Assembly: GCF_037042905.1 (NCBI RefSeq)
Contig: NC_087245.1
Coordinates: forward strand, 41,790,001 to 41,854,000
DNA from: Lytechinus pictus
Lineage: Eukaryota
DNA: 64,000 nt
Direction: 5' to 3'
Both the position numbers and the translations under genes were made by a program. Position 1 is the first letter of the stretch; each line of letters opens with the position of its first letter. The notes under the pieces are model-generated. The model saw nothing but the letters and a program-made list of their open reading frames with translations, made no database searches and was not told the DNA's origin. Positions 26,878 through 39,870 of the stretch are shown here, piece after piece.

Positions 26878-27450
26878 CATAGCGCATATAGCAATTTAAT
26901 TTATTTGATATACGATAAAACAGCAATGGGGATAAAATGCCTTGCTCAAGGGCATAAGTGCCGTGCCGGGAATCGAACACCCGATCCAAGAATCCCCAAT
27001 GAAGTGCCCTAGACCAGCGCTTCTCAACCTTTTTTTTTTTACTCGAGGACCACTTTGACTCTCAGATTTTTTCGAGGCCCACCTACCAAAATTTACGGTC
27101 AATTTTGATGAAAAAATGTAACGTGAAATTTGAACACAAAGCTCTGAATTACATCTGAAACAAACATATTTAGAACTAATCTGCATTCGCAAATGTCCGG
27201 TAAATGGGCGACAATTGCATTAAAACCATCATAGTGTGCATGTGCATGCTTTGCAACATGCATGATACCTAAGCGTGCTTCAGTTTTGCTTGACCTGCAT
27301 AGACTGATTGGACATACCATATTCGGACAGGTCTGTGAAATATGGTACAGTTTTTCTACTATTTTTTTTCTCACCCTGGAGCTTTTCGCGGCCCACCTGA
27401 GAGGGCTTCGCGGCCCACCGTTTGAGAAGCGCTGCCCTAGACCATACCAC
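26878..27450 (-). mobile_element. tRNA-derived SINE interrupted by a hAT MITE
   Basis: Minus strand reads gtggtatggtctaggg...gtgttcgattcccggcacggcacttatgcccttgagcaaggcattt (A box, B box, SINE body). Confidence 0.7.
27015..27434. mobile_element. hAT (Charlie-like) MITE with perfect 8-bp TSD
   Basis: TIRs cagcgcttctcaa / ttgagaagcgctg; TSD ccctagac at 27007-27014 and 27435-27442. Confidence 0.9.
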
Positions 27451-27525
27451 TTCGTTTCCACCTATGTTTCGATATATCGTTTTAACCTGTTATTGTAATG
27501 TTATCCAAACGATTTTCCTGCGCTA

Positions 27526-27830
27526 GGAGAATGAAACCATTGTGACAAGTGGGAGAAAACAGACAAAAAATATTGAAAGTGTTAGAAAAACGCGAAAACC
27601 AATAAGAACGTCATGCATAAGCCTTTGAATGTCGAAAGCAATCTAATGCTTTTGGAGATCCTCCTATCGGCGAAGAGACCAAGAAAAATGTAGGACTGTG
27701 ATGTCACACACGAACAACTCCCCCTCTTGGATACTGGAAAATAAACCCCAAATATCTCCCTTTCGTCATTCCTCGTTGTCCATGATATATTTTGTGAAAT
27801 TTGTGATTCATCTGTATCTTTGATATTTCA
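27526..27830. mobile_element. Decayed copy of the element at 1-507
   Basis: ggagaatgaaac...aaaacagacaaa...ctaatgc...ggagatcctc...tgtgatgtcaca...gaacaactc matches the arm of the 1-507 element. Confidence 0.6.
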
Positions 27831-30097
27831 TAATGTAGATAATTCAACTAGTTTTCAGTGCCTAATTAGTTTTCCTTTAATAAATCACACACGAATACAT
27901 CAGAGAGACAGTTTACGACTGCAAAATCGCTGTGTATTATTATGTCCTCATATTGTAGGGATGATCCAGACTCATTTAGAGCTCGAAGACATTATAAATA
28001 GTCAGAGTACAATCAGTCTTAGGAACTTGTAGCCATGATGTTTATTGCTCTAATGTTATTCGTTCGCGCCGCATCACATCTTGCGCGTAGTCACAATATA
28101 GATCTTGGATATATCACAACAGTTACCATTCTTCTTTTACGCTATAAACGCTATATAAATGCGTATTCTACAGAACTGAGTTCGCCCCCGAGGGCCCTCA
28201 TTATGCGCGACACTTAAAACGCCTCGGGCGAAGGCTGCATGTACATGACCCTAAGTAAATCAGGCAGTATGTTTCCCAGGCTCGCCGTCTATCGATCCAC
28301 CCAAGTGAAGATGGGCAAAGATGTATCTTGGCAAGTTCTAAACTGCAACTTCCACGGCGCATATCATTGGAGATATAACGTGTGTGCGTTGTGATACGCC
28401 GGCCGCCTCCTGATGCAACAATGGATTAACATTTAAACAAGCATAATTCCTGCCCACTTGGGTGCCTCCTGCGTGGGTGTCAACTTCACGATCAAAGACA
28501 AATCAGAGAAAACATGTTCTAGATACGGAGTGGAATGGTGAAGATCTAAAAAAAGAGGATAGGTAAAACTCGACGATTTTTTTTTCAATACAAAATGAAT
28601 AACCACCGTATTAGGATAAGACTTAATACATTCCCAAACGATCTTATGTCACTCCCAAGCAACGATAATGTTACTTTTGCTCATTCCCGCTCGTTACGCA
28701 ATCAGGTGTAAATATTCAAGGGACGTAAGGTCTTTCCCCTCTACTATTTTAGGACGACATTATCCATTTCATATCCATGTATTTTTTTACGATTATCCTT
28801 TCACAATCCACTTTTTTTCATTTACCGAAGTCTCTTAAGAGTAGTGTCTTGGCTTACACATGGGATAATCATGGAAGAACAAATGCGGAGCAAGGTAAAC
28901 TAACCATTCTATCCGACCAATTACATTATAGTAGGAGGAAACAAACTCAGTAGTCACCTAATCCTGGATCATAGAAGCCTTGTAATCCTCGCCTCTCAAT
29001 TTTCTTCAGTCGCTCTCGCCTTAAAGACTGCCCCCAGCTATAATCCTCTCGACATATAAGTGATTTACCCTTTCCAATCCGTTGACATCTATGTCACCGC
29101 TCTTTCTGGCCAGTCGATATGAACACTAATGGGTTTCTTACAGAGGCGTCTGGCGACAAACGATTGATATTGTTATATATATTCATTTTTTAATATTCAT
29201 TTCGATATCGAAGAGAGGAGGTTGTTGTCCTTTTCACTTTCAATGAAATGATATCAAAAATCTATCACCAACGTGTTCATTCTCTGAATGGTTTCATTCA
29301 AAGATTGCTCCAATTAGTGTTGCACCCATAATACTCTTTTTTCTTTCTGTAAGACAGCAACTGATGGTTAGGAGAGTCACATGCATTTTCTTGAGATTAA
29401 ATATTGCTCGTGAAATGGTAATAAATAATTGAAATATTATTATCGAGTTTGTTTTCCGAGAACGTTAATTTCAGAATATCAGTAGGATTCATAATATAAT
29501 TAATTTGTTATTCATTTATATTTTAGTGGTTTGTTTCCCTTTTACACACAACACGAAATCTACATGGACAATGACAGCAATGGATAGTGTGGACGGAACT
29601 AACATCGAACGATGGTAACTACATGTTTTTATACGGTTTATGTGGGAGTCAATACTGCGTCGGAACATTTATTTTTGCGAACCCTTAGACCCTTACTCGT
29701 AGTATTCGGCGGCGCCACAGTTGTTAAGTACGTACTCGGGTATGCAACAACATTTAAGCAGGCGCATACGTTCAGCATCGCTTTTTAATTAGATTATATG
29801 AATGAACATATGCTATTAATCTTCCACCGTTGGATAAAGGTAGGGGTACCTTTGAAGTTCACTCTATAAGAGTGTTGAAATGAGATTTTTCTGCTAAAAT
29901 GACAAAGGCTTTTTTAAATGACTTCGTCAATTACCGGAATTCCAGGTGCAATTTACTAGCCTAGGCCCTGTAGGTATGTGGCTGTCCGAATTTGTAGATA
30001 AAATAATTATTTCTACAAATAGCAAATTGTTATAAAAGAAAAAATATGATACACGGAACAGATGATAACCAAACGGACAATTTGACCGACCTCAACA

Positions 30098-30406
30098 GTG
30101 ACACGACATTGGCTCCGGTCTTAATATCTCAGAGGACATAGGGTTAGAGTTATAGGACTGTAATAGAGCTTTTGGTTCAGAAAAGTGTCAAGATTGTATG
30201 TTTTTTTATTTGTTGTATGTTTTATTTATTTAAATACGGGATAAAAAAAACCTGCTATCAGCCACAAGGCTGTTTTTCAGCAAGTCCGTCCATAAAAGTT
30301 GAAAAACATTGTGATTAGGGTTTATTTAATTAAGGAGGTTAGATTCTGTGTTTGACTTAATGTGCAGATTTTCCATCGGAACAATTATCGTCGGAGCAAA
30401 TGTCAC
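30098..30406. mobile_element. Interspersed element (ggagcaaatgtc-ended family)
   Basis: Reverse-complement similarity to 36300-36486 (gtgacacgacattggctccggtcttaatatctcag; ttttccatcgga). Confidence 0.65.
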
Positions 30407-30964
30407 GGCAAAACCCCTATTTCTTTATTTTATTCAATATTCGATGAACAATTATTGATTGAACTATATTTAATTACCACGATTCAACAGCGACAGGAGG
30501 AATAAATCCAGGTTCAGATTATTTTGGAAAATGAATGTGTTTCGTAATTTATATGATATATTGCACAAGAAAATTGTGGGTATGTGACATAATCGGTTTC
30601 CTCATTTGCATACCACCTGACTTTCATAATAGGGGTCGCATCTGTCTCTTTTCCATAATGAACGACCTATTCACATCCACGTCATATAAAATTGCCTTAA
30701 CCTAGATATATAATTCACCAGTTGTTCACTTAGCAGTTCAATAATCGTGTTTACGATTTCTATTCTCTCCATTCAAACTATCTTTCAATATGAAACAATC
30801 AAGCCCAAACGAAATGTACTGGTACCTCGATCATACGGAATGAATTACTCTAGCAAAAGTAGAATTTCTTTTAATCGAATAATTCGGACCTTGATGAAAT
30901 TGAATATACAAACAAAATACAACAGATGAGTGATGTACTCTACACGGGAGAAGGTAATTAAGTA

Positions 30965-31014
30965 TCAAACGTATTACGTGTCAATAACTATTTATTGACA
31001 CGTAATACGTTTGA
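30965..31014. repeat. Perfect 23-bp inverted repeat with 4-nt loop
   Basis: tcaaacgtattacgtgtcaataa-ctat-ttattgacacgtaatacgtttga. Confidence 0.95.
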
Positions 31015-32228
31015 ACTCAGAGAACTTGTGGCATCATCATTTAATAGATTAAACTTTAAGGACTTTGAATAGTTGCAATAAATCAGCTGGTTATGCATAA
31101 GTTGACCTGTATATGTCCCCCTATGAATAACTGTTGCATTATAACGGCATTTTGCAGTACAATAGTGAGGAAAAAATCGTAATAATTTAAATAAAGTAGG
31201 CTTGCTGGTGGCTCATGAAATCGTTGTATCCTTTTCTTCTGTCAAAATTAAGAAATTTACTTAAATATGATCATACCGTGTATATGTATAACATGAATGT
31301 TCAGGTGATTAGGTATTTAGTCAGGTTGCTTGTAAAAATGCAGTTTTTGTTTTGTTTCAATATAAATGGGACTTTTTTTCATTTGAAGTGAAATTTATCT
31401 TATCTCAAGACATTGCCCAATTACACGAAAACAATTCCAAAGCCAATTTACAGTTCAGCAATTATGAGGACCCCTCGGTAGACCAGCAGCACCATGATTG
31501 ATGCTGCTGAGTAGGGCCATTCTCCCGTTTTCTATTTATCAATTCACATGTATCATTTTATATGTATTGTTATCTGTTTTTTAACGGAAATAAATTAAAA
31601 AAAGAAGAATAATAATAATATAATATGCCCACACAATTAATAATCGAAAGCATATTATAGACCAAAATGGGAGGGGTGAACCAATGTATTTATCAAATGA
31701 TTATAAGACAATGTTCGCAAAGTATTCCTGTAAAATGAATTACCCCAATAATAGGTTGAGGACGATTTGAAGAGGGCCCACCCTCGCACCAATAGAATAA
31801 ATCCACTGTTAAAAGGCGAGCCCATCCCCTCCGGTAAAAGTCAGTTCGTAGTTCTCTCGTTCGCGGCGTCCACCGTGCCCCCAAGGTAAGCCGAGATCAG
31901 GAGGGAACTTGAGACTGCAAAACGACATGGAAATGATTCTCAACGCCGGCAGTCAGCACTCTCAAGGAGAAAGCTTCAAGCGGCAGAGTCTCCAATAGGT
32001 AAGGACAATGGCGTCGTTTGGGGGTGCAGGAGCTTTGCCTTACCCTCAAGTTCTGCTAGAAACGCTTCCACTTTGTGTCCGCTATTCAGAAAAGGTAGGA
32101 GTCGCCATAAGCATGATCAGTTTGCACAAATTCGTATTGAATACGATTTGTTTTTTAAATAGATCATCTAGATCATGGTAGATTAATGGATATAATGGAG
32201 GGGGGGGGGCTAATGAATATGTTATTCA

Positions 32229-32495
32229 CACTGTTAGAAAATTTATCCTTAAAATAAAAGAAGTTCCTGCAGCAGAGTCTCGAGAACACCTGTAATCTAA
32301 CCAGATTGCGTAAACTTACATTATATCATGTAAAATTACAGGAAATTGGTATTTGGTGTATGGAACCTTACAAATTTCCTTAAATAAAACACCATTTCCC
32401 CTTTTTACACAGACCTGTTCTGTTAAATTGTAGAAAAATTCCGGTTTTATGAATTTACAGAATGACTGTAAAACCAGGGGTTTTTTTTTACAGCG
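32229..32495. mobile_element. CAC...GTG-type MITE with 2-bp TSD (CA)
   Basis: cactgttagaaaa ... ttttttacagcg, flanked by ca/ca; internal ctgtaa/ttacag repeats. Confidence 0.65.
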
Positions 32496-34464
32496 CACGT
32501 TGTCTGACTCTTGACCACTATGTCACGGTAACCACGCTACTGCCATTTAAAAACAACATAATGTAATGGGACGTCAGAATATGGTCAAAGAATGTATGAC
32601 GATTACAAACTGTTCTAGTTACGTAAAAATACAAGGTAAAATGTTTATTAAAGATGACCCACGCAAGCTCCACACCCTTAACCCTATTTCATGCCATCTT
32701 TATGAAAGTGTGTGGAGTGCAACTTCTCAAATCCAATTACTTTGGACGATTGTCGGAACAACACTCTTACACGACTTCTTATTTAGTCCCGAAGCTCGAC
32801 TGCTGTACGTCCGTGGATTGTACGCATATATATACGACTTGAAACACTCGCACCAATGCCATTACATTATGTACATACACACACATCCTCGCGCACACAC
32901 ACACACCCACAAAAGGCGGGTAGTAGATATTGAAAAATTTAGAAAACTTATTCATTATCATTAAAACTAACTGTGTGCCTAAATAGGCCTCATTTCCCAA
33001 TTTCTCACTTCCTAATTATATGAGAAATATACATGATTTAGATAAGTTTAAGACTTCCCTAAAAAAGTATCTGTTTAACTTGTAATAAATTCAGTGCCCA
33101 ACACTCTTTACTTACTTTCTAATTTCTTTCCTTAATTTCATTCAATTGTTATGCGCTATAAAAGAACTGAATATTATTATTATTATCTAAAACATACAAA
33201 ATCTTACTCTTAAGCACTGGATGAATAGGTATTATGATATTGAATCGAAGTAAATAAAACAAATCTAAGGGGTGAAATATTCACAATAAAGATTACCTCT
33301 GGCATAGCATTTACGCGTACACAATTCTGAGTTGTTGCGAAACATTCACAGCCAAATGACTGGATGGATGGCACTTTGAAGAGATGGAGATATATTTGGA
33401 ATCATCCATCTTGATATTTCCGATTTCGATGAGTGATATTATCCCTATTTTCTCTATGTCTCTGCTTGTTTCCATTCGTTAAGGATTGAATTTTACTTTT
33501 AACTCCACGTAATCATTCTAAATGGCCAGCGATTTTTTTTTCATCGCAATGATGTTTTAGCCTTTGACTCTGATGGCACGTTTCTACACGTTAGACCACT
33601 TCCCCTCCCCGTACCAGGCATCTGAATAGGAATAATGTAAAGTTTTATCATTTATTTCTTATGAAAAATGTGATGAGAAAGCGAAATGCATAGTTGGTAA
33701 TCATGGATTTGGCACTGCATTGGAAAGGAGGTATCAAGCGATAGTGCTTCAAAAATCTTACTTTATGAATTATATGTTATCTTACAAACTTCAACAGGCC
33801 TACGTGGTTTCAACACGCGGCATATTACATGTTTACCCCCTTTTTTGCTGTGCAGCAAAACAGCTATATCGTTATGGAAAGAGCTTTGACATATTCAGTG
33901 GAAGTTCTTTGAACGTGTATTAAACACGCCCTCATCACTTGATTTTTCAACGTTGCTTGGCTATGTGTTTCATTCATGTTATGTTATTTCGATTCGTGCA
34001 ACATCAATTTCGCCCTTGAGCAATGATTCTAGAATCCTCAATAAATCATTCATTAATTTCAATTTATTAGTGGGATACGTCTGCTTAATATCCATTTCGT
34101 TTGCCACCCTTTGCCATTAATGCACATAAAACACATTAGACGTCCAGGTAATTTCCCTAATTGTACAGTAGACCACATCCTGTAATTTCACTATCAATAT
34201 ACTTGTCTTCATAAGTTGATGATGTGCTCAGCGTTAATTTTGCTCCTAAATGTATTTTTATTCAGCCACATGAGAGACACATTAACACATTGACGTCAGT
34301 TTAAGTAATAGATACGTTTTTTTATGGGATTTGTTTGTCACTTCCTTCCCGGAGGCCCGTTTTGCTGCGCTAACCCAGCTTAGGTGCATGGAAACTGGAA
34401 GGATTTTTTTTCAATGAGTTGAGCTTGAGCTAAAACCTTGGTAATACTAGTTACGTTTTATTAT

Positions 34465-34506
34465 CATTTTTATTAGTATTAGTATTCCTATTATTATTAT
34501 TATCGA

Positions 34507-34542
<36 letters not shown>

Positions 34543-34720
34543 TACTACTACTATTATCATTATTATCATCACCATCATCATAATTATCATGATCACCATT
34601 ATTATCATTGTCATTATAATTATTACGAATTATTAGTATTTTCATTATTGTTATCATAACTATTATGAGTATCATTATTCTAATTACTATTATTTTATTA
34701 CCATTATTATTATTATCATT
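34465..34720. repeat. Compound trinucleotide microsatellite (TAT/TAC/CAT)
   Basis: Direct observation. Confidence 0.9.
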
Positions 34721-35535
34721 ACTATTTTAATAACACATATAGCACATACATATATGTCTGTGCGACATTACTAATTTCAGAAATAAATAGTATGATTCTT
34801 AAAAGCCCTATCGCTTTATATCTGAAAAGGGTAATTATTCCTAGTTGGTTCAATAATTCTATTAAAAAAAAATAAATAAATAAATCATATAGACAAATGA
34901 ATAATCAATCTGGCAAATGGCATAGGTATGAATGAAATATCTTCATTTGTTATCAATTCGACCACAATTGTAGTACACGTCTGGCACAAAAAAATCGACA
35001 GATACGAAGCCACAGGCCCCGTACTGTTCAGAGTTCAAGTCCGCAATTAGTTCCCACACGAGGTCTGAAGCATAGAAAAGTATACAAACAAAGGGCATAA
35101 TTATGTTTAAGAAACATCTATGACCTCCTTTCTCTATTTTCAATGACACATTCGTGCTTCCTTCACGAATATGTCTTTATAACCCAAGGTTCCTTCCTGC
35201 TTCTCTCAATGCCTGTCATAGTTTTCCGCCCGTTGGCTGTATATTGTTAGATATTCAGATTATCCCGGCGTAAGACGTTCTCCATTAATTCATAGGATCA
35301 CTTCTACCCCGAGAGAGAGAAGGAGAGAGAGGGTAGAAGCCCTAAAACTATTAGCTATTCCCCCAAGATGGTGTACGGGAACTTAAAGTATGTCAAGTAG
35401 ATCTCCTGCCTCGTTTCTTGTCCCAGCTGTGTTAGATTGAACCAAATTGGTTTCCTATCATTGTATACGATCACGCTACTAATGCATTGTAAAAGGAACA
35501 TGAGAAAATACATTTAGTTTTCGAACCCGAAATTA

Positions 35536-35881
35536 CGGGTTACACTTCGTAACTCCGAAGGTTCGTAAATCCGAAACACGTAAATTGCCTATACCTCGAT
35601 GTTCGTTAATCCGAAAACGTAAAAGGGTTCGTTAATCCGAACATTTGTGGCGTTATTCCGAAGGTTCGATAATCCGAAAACGAAATAAGGTTCGATATTC
35701 CGAAGGTTCGTTAGTCCGAAAACGAAAAAAGGTTCGTTATAATCATTACGTTTTCGGACTAACGAACCTTCGGAATTACGAACCTCATTTCGTTTTCGGA
35801 CTAACGAACCTTCGGAAATACGAACCTTCGGAATAACGGACCTTCGGAATATCCGAAGCTTCGGAATTACGAATGTATGCG
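35536..35881. mobile_element. Foldback MITE built of ttcg-taa-tccgaa subrepeats
   Basis: The left half has ttcgttaatccgaa repeats and the right half their complement ttcggaNtaacgaa. TIR tacacttcgtaactccgaag / cttcggaattacgaatgta; flanking direct repeat gaaatta (35529-35535 and 35882-35888). Confidence 0.8.
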
Positions 35882-36299
35882 GAAATTACCACCCCCTCCC
35901 TCCTTAAGAGGGGATTAAACCTCGAACACACACACACACACATCCTAAAATATATATATATAAATCGTCTATGAAATGTTAATGTAGTTCGAATGCAATT
36001 TCCTAGCATTTGCATTCTACCAATGATGCATACTGACAGCTTCACGGACATTGAAATGCATCATAATCATAAACACTCTCGCACAGAAGCTAAACGATTG
36101 TAATTATGGGCATTACATCTGGCCTTGAATTAGCAGGGGCGTCGATCCATTTTTCAGATGGGGGGGGGGGGGAAATCATGAATCAACATTCCGAAGGCGC
36201 TCGATCACACAAAACAAAAAACATTGGTTACCCAATCAAGATTTGGAGGTATAATTCAACCGTTTCGTAGTATCAAGGAATAATATCGGTTCCTTGGCC

Positions 36300-36486
36300 T
36301 TTGCTCCGATGGAAAAACTCCACGTCAAGCAACACATAAAATCTAACAACCGAAACTAAATAAACCATAATCCTTATCTCTCCATTATTCTGAACCAATA
36401 ACTCTATCACAAGTCTAACTCTAACCCTATGCCTTCTGAGATATTAAGACCGGAGCAAATGTCGCAGGAGCAAATGTCGTGTCACC
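36300..36486. mobile_element. Inverted copy of the 30098-30406 family
   Basis: ttgctccgatggaaaa...ctgagatattaagaccggagcaaatgtcgcaggagcaaatgtcgtgtcac. Confidence 0.65.
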
Positions 36487-37190
36487 ACGATATCGATACC
36501 CGAGAATAAATCCTTAAATAAATCGGCGGACGTGCAAATAACCGTGTAAGTCATTTATATATGTACTTATGTATTGATCCCTACCGGACAACCTGGGGTT
36601 TTTTTTTCCAGAGAATACCAATGAACTTTTAAGTTGGTGCCTGGATGGGTGGGAAGTAATCGGTAAGCTTTTATAAAGTACCGAGTATAATAATATTTCA
36701 TACAACAGTTTGGCTGTCATTTTCCCTGATCTGTTATTCCGACTTACCTCGATATTTTACCTGTATTAGGATATTGTGTGCGCCTTTAAATGCTAATATT
36801 TGAAATTTGAAATCATTTGAAGCAAATTCAAAATAATTATCTGAAGAAAAATTCGGCATGCAGTCAATTTAGTGCCTGCTTTAACAATAATGATGGAGTT
36901 TGGTTTTTAGTTTATAACTTCTTATCATTATGCCCACATGGCTTCTTTTTTCTTTAGTTTTATAGTTTTTTATTGCTTAAATTATTTATCTATTCATTTT
37001 TATCATTTTTTTCTTTTTTTTTGGAGGGTGGGGGGTCGAGAGGTGAGGTATTCCATTTGTACAAATATTATACAAAAGTTGTCTTATTGGTCATGAATAT
37101 ACAGTATTTCAATGAATGTATTTTAATTTATGTGAACAGGGCTGTTTACTGACAACGCTACTAATTATGTGTAAAGAAAACCACAAATAA

Positions 37191-38415
37191 TATAGGTTTT
37201 CCCGTCCAATTTCATCAGAGTTGCATTTAAATTAATGGAAGGACGTTCAAATTCGAAATATTTTGTCAACCCTCTGCACACATGGTTCATTTTCATTTAT
37301 TCAGCATTCATTGCCGTTCGATATCGTCCCTTTTGTAGAAATTCAATTTAGAGAGAAATTCGTTCAAATTGATGGCTCAAAGTTGTCATTTCATTTCGCG
37401 ACGACGAACTGATCGTTTAATTTCGCCTAAAATACCATTTTCAATTTCATTTATCGTAACACATATTTGCACTTTAAACGTTCAAATTAAGATAACATGT
37501 TTCTGTGTTCAATTTTTGTTACGTTATACAATATTTTTTTCCAAACTTTACCCTATCTTTCAATTTTTTCAGATCTTTTCAGTTAAAATCATTTCAACCC
37601 ATTATGTTTGATAAAGACGTAATTCATGTAACACTTATAGGATATGGTTGTAAACGGTATTTGATGAGTGGGTGCAGGGGCGGATTCAGGATTTCCCAAA
37701 AGGGGGGGGGGGCACAATTTGACGAGCAATAAAAAGGTTTTTAACCAAAGAATAAAGGTATTTTGTCAAAAAAAATAATTGTGTCTCTCAAGGGGGGGGG
37801 GGGGGGGCATGAGCCGACTGTACCCCCTTGATCCGCCAGTGAGTGGGTAGATGACATAATTTTATGCCAATGGTAGGTATTTTTCTTCATCATCTTCTTC
37901 TTTTTTATTTTACATAATTGTATATCATATCGTTTTGGGGAAGGGATGCGAAACATCGTATTGGTCACAATCCATAGTTGTGAAAGTGGAACAAAAACGA
38001 GATGTTGTTCCGATGATGGTTTGACAGATGGGGGATACATTTCAGTAAAATTGTCAACATCCAATTTAGAAGTAAAACCCATGTCCATAATTATTCAAAA
38101 GAAGTATAAAAACAACGAAAAACACTGTCCATATCCTATAAGTGTTTGCATATCAATGAATTTGAATTCCTAATCGTTCTCAAGGAGGGTACCGGTGCGA
38201 ATTTGAAAACACTTCTTCAGCTATTTCAATTTGATCGTTCTTTATACTTGTTTAAATGGGATAACCGTGAAATCGCGTGCCAATAGAATTAAATTGAATT
38301 AAGTATTTGGCTATTTAAATGTTAATCTCATAGGACATTCAAATTAGTTGCAAATTGAATTATTACATCATTAAATCGGTTGAAATTTTGAGGAAATTGG
38401 ACGGGAAAACCTATA
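37191..38415. mobile_element. 1.2-kb non-autonomous TIR element
   Basis: Perfect 23-bp inverted ends tataggttttcccgtccaatttc / gaaattggacgggaaaacctata. Confidence 0.8.
37675..37841. mobile_element. hAT-like MITE nested in the 37191-38415 element
   Basis: Ends caggggcggattcag / ttgatccgccagtg; TSD agtgggtg / agtgggta. Confidence 0.8.
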
Positions 38416-39628
38416 TACAAAATAAATGCATAATAATTTTTTTTTTAAATGAATAATAACCAAAGACGGCAAATTTTATAGATACAATTCGTTTAAGCAA
38501 AGAGGCGCGTGTGGCACCAAACAGATGGTAGATTTTTTTAGGTCAGAATCAATTATATCCATGTCATCATCCTATTAAAGCGAGAAGTGTGCCAAGGGAA
38601 TACGATTGATTTCATATCGTTCTTGAATAGGAATAACAATTTGTCATGGTTTGTAGCGGATAGCGCTGCTGACCCATGAAATGTATGCTTCCTATATGCG
38701 CTGTCATCCAGGCCTTTGCCTTTAATATAATTATCGACGGCCTCGTCGGATATAATGGAAACTGTTGGAACATCCATTAGTCGTATCCTTCCCTCAAAAT
38801 TATTTTGCTGGGTGACCGCCGTTGAAAATTTGATTTTGGAATAGAAGTGGGATAGAGTTAGAGGAGATGGAGATAACATAGGATAAGTGACCGATGATGA
38901 TTAGATTTTAGGAAGTGAGGTCCTAACTGAGGTTTGGGTTCGCTAGGATATGATATGAAAAAATTGTTTTGCCAAAATTACGTGACGCGTGATGCGACAT
39001 GCAGAATATGAAATGAAAATAAATTCCATATCCTCTATAATGAATGAATACGAGAGTTGCATACAAGTCATGTCTGCATGTAAATGAGAACTCGAATATT
39101 ATTTTTATTGAAAAGTTCGGTCCAAGATGTGTCTATTTTTGACGTTCTCAATTATCATTAAACACCCAAATGGATTCATTTAGTTTACAGAGTTATCAAG
39201 TGTTATTTTTTAAGAGATTACGGTGAAAATTCCCTACCATGATTAGGAAAATGGCACAAGCCTTCTTTAAACTACAATCTATGATAACAAAAATTCCAAA
39301 ATATGAAAAAAGTCTTTGAAATAGTTATTTGTATGCACACGGATAAATTACCCCAAAGCACAATAACTTCTCATTGAAATAGTTGTGAAAAAATATAGGC
39401 GCTATAGGTGAACATTTGTGAAACAAAATGAAATTGTAATGTGCCATTATCACTATGTCTTGTTCAAATAAATATGCAATTAGGGTCAATGTAGCCTTTT
39501 AAAATGCATACACACACCCTCTCCCTCTCTTACTCACACAAACACACACACTCTCACACCTCACACACATACTTCGACGTGATTGTATAGGAACCGTCAT
39601 TATACATACGTCCACACCAACACCCACA

Positions 39629-39870
39629 CACTCTAAAAGATATTGGGTAAAAATGCTTCATGAGGTGTCAAAACAACATTGGGCATTTCTTTTTGGGCAT
39701 ATTTATCCATTGTGATGAAAATTTTGCCCATCCTAAAGTAATTGCTGCTTATTGTTTAACCTTACTGGACAATATGCTTCCCGCATTGGGTAAAATACTG
39801 CCCGATATTGGTTGGTCACATAATTATCGTCGTGCTGGTTAAAATTTTACCCAATATTTTTGTTACAGTG
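39629..39870. mobile_element. CAC...GTG-ended MITE with CA TSD
   Basis: cactctaaaagatattgggtaaaa / ttttacccaatatttttgttacagtg; internal tgggca/tgccca repeats. Confidence 0.8.
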
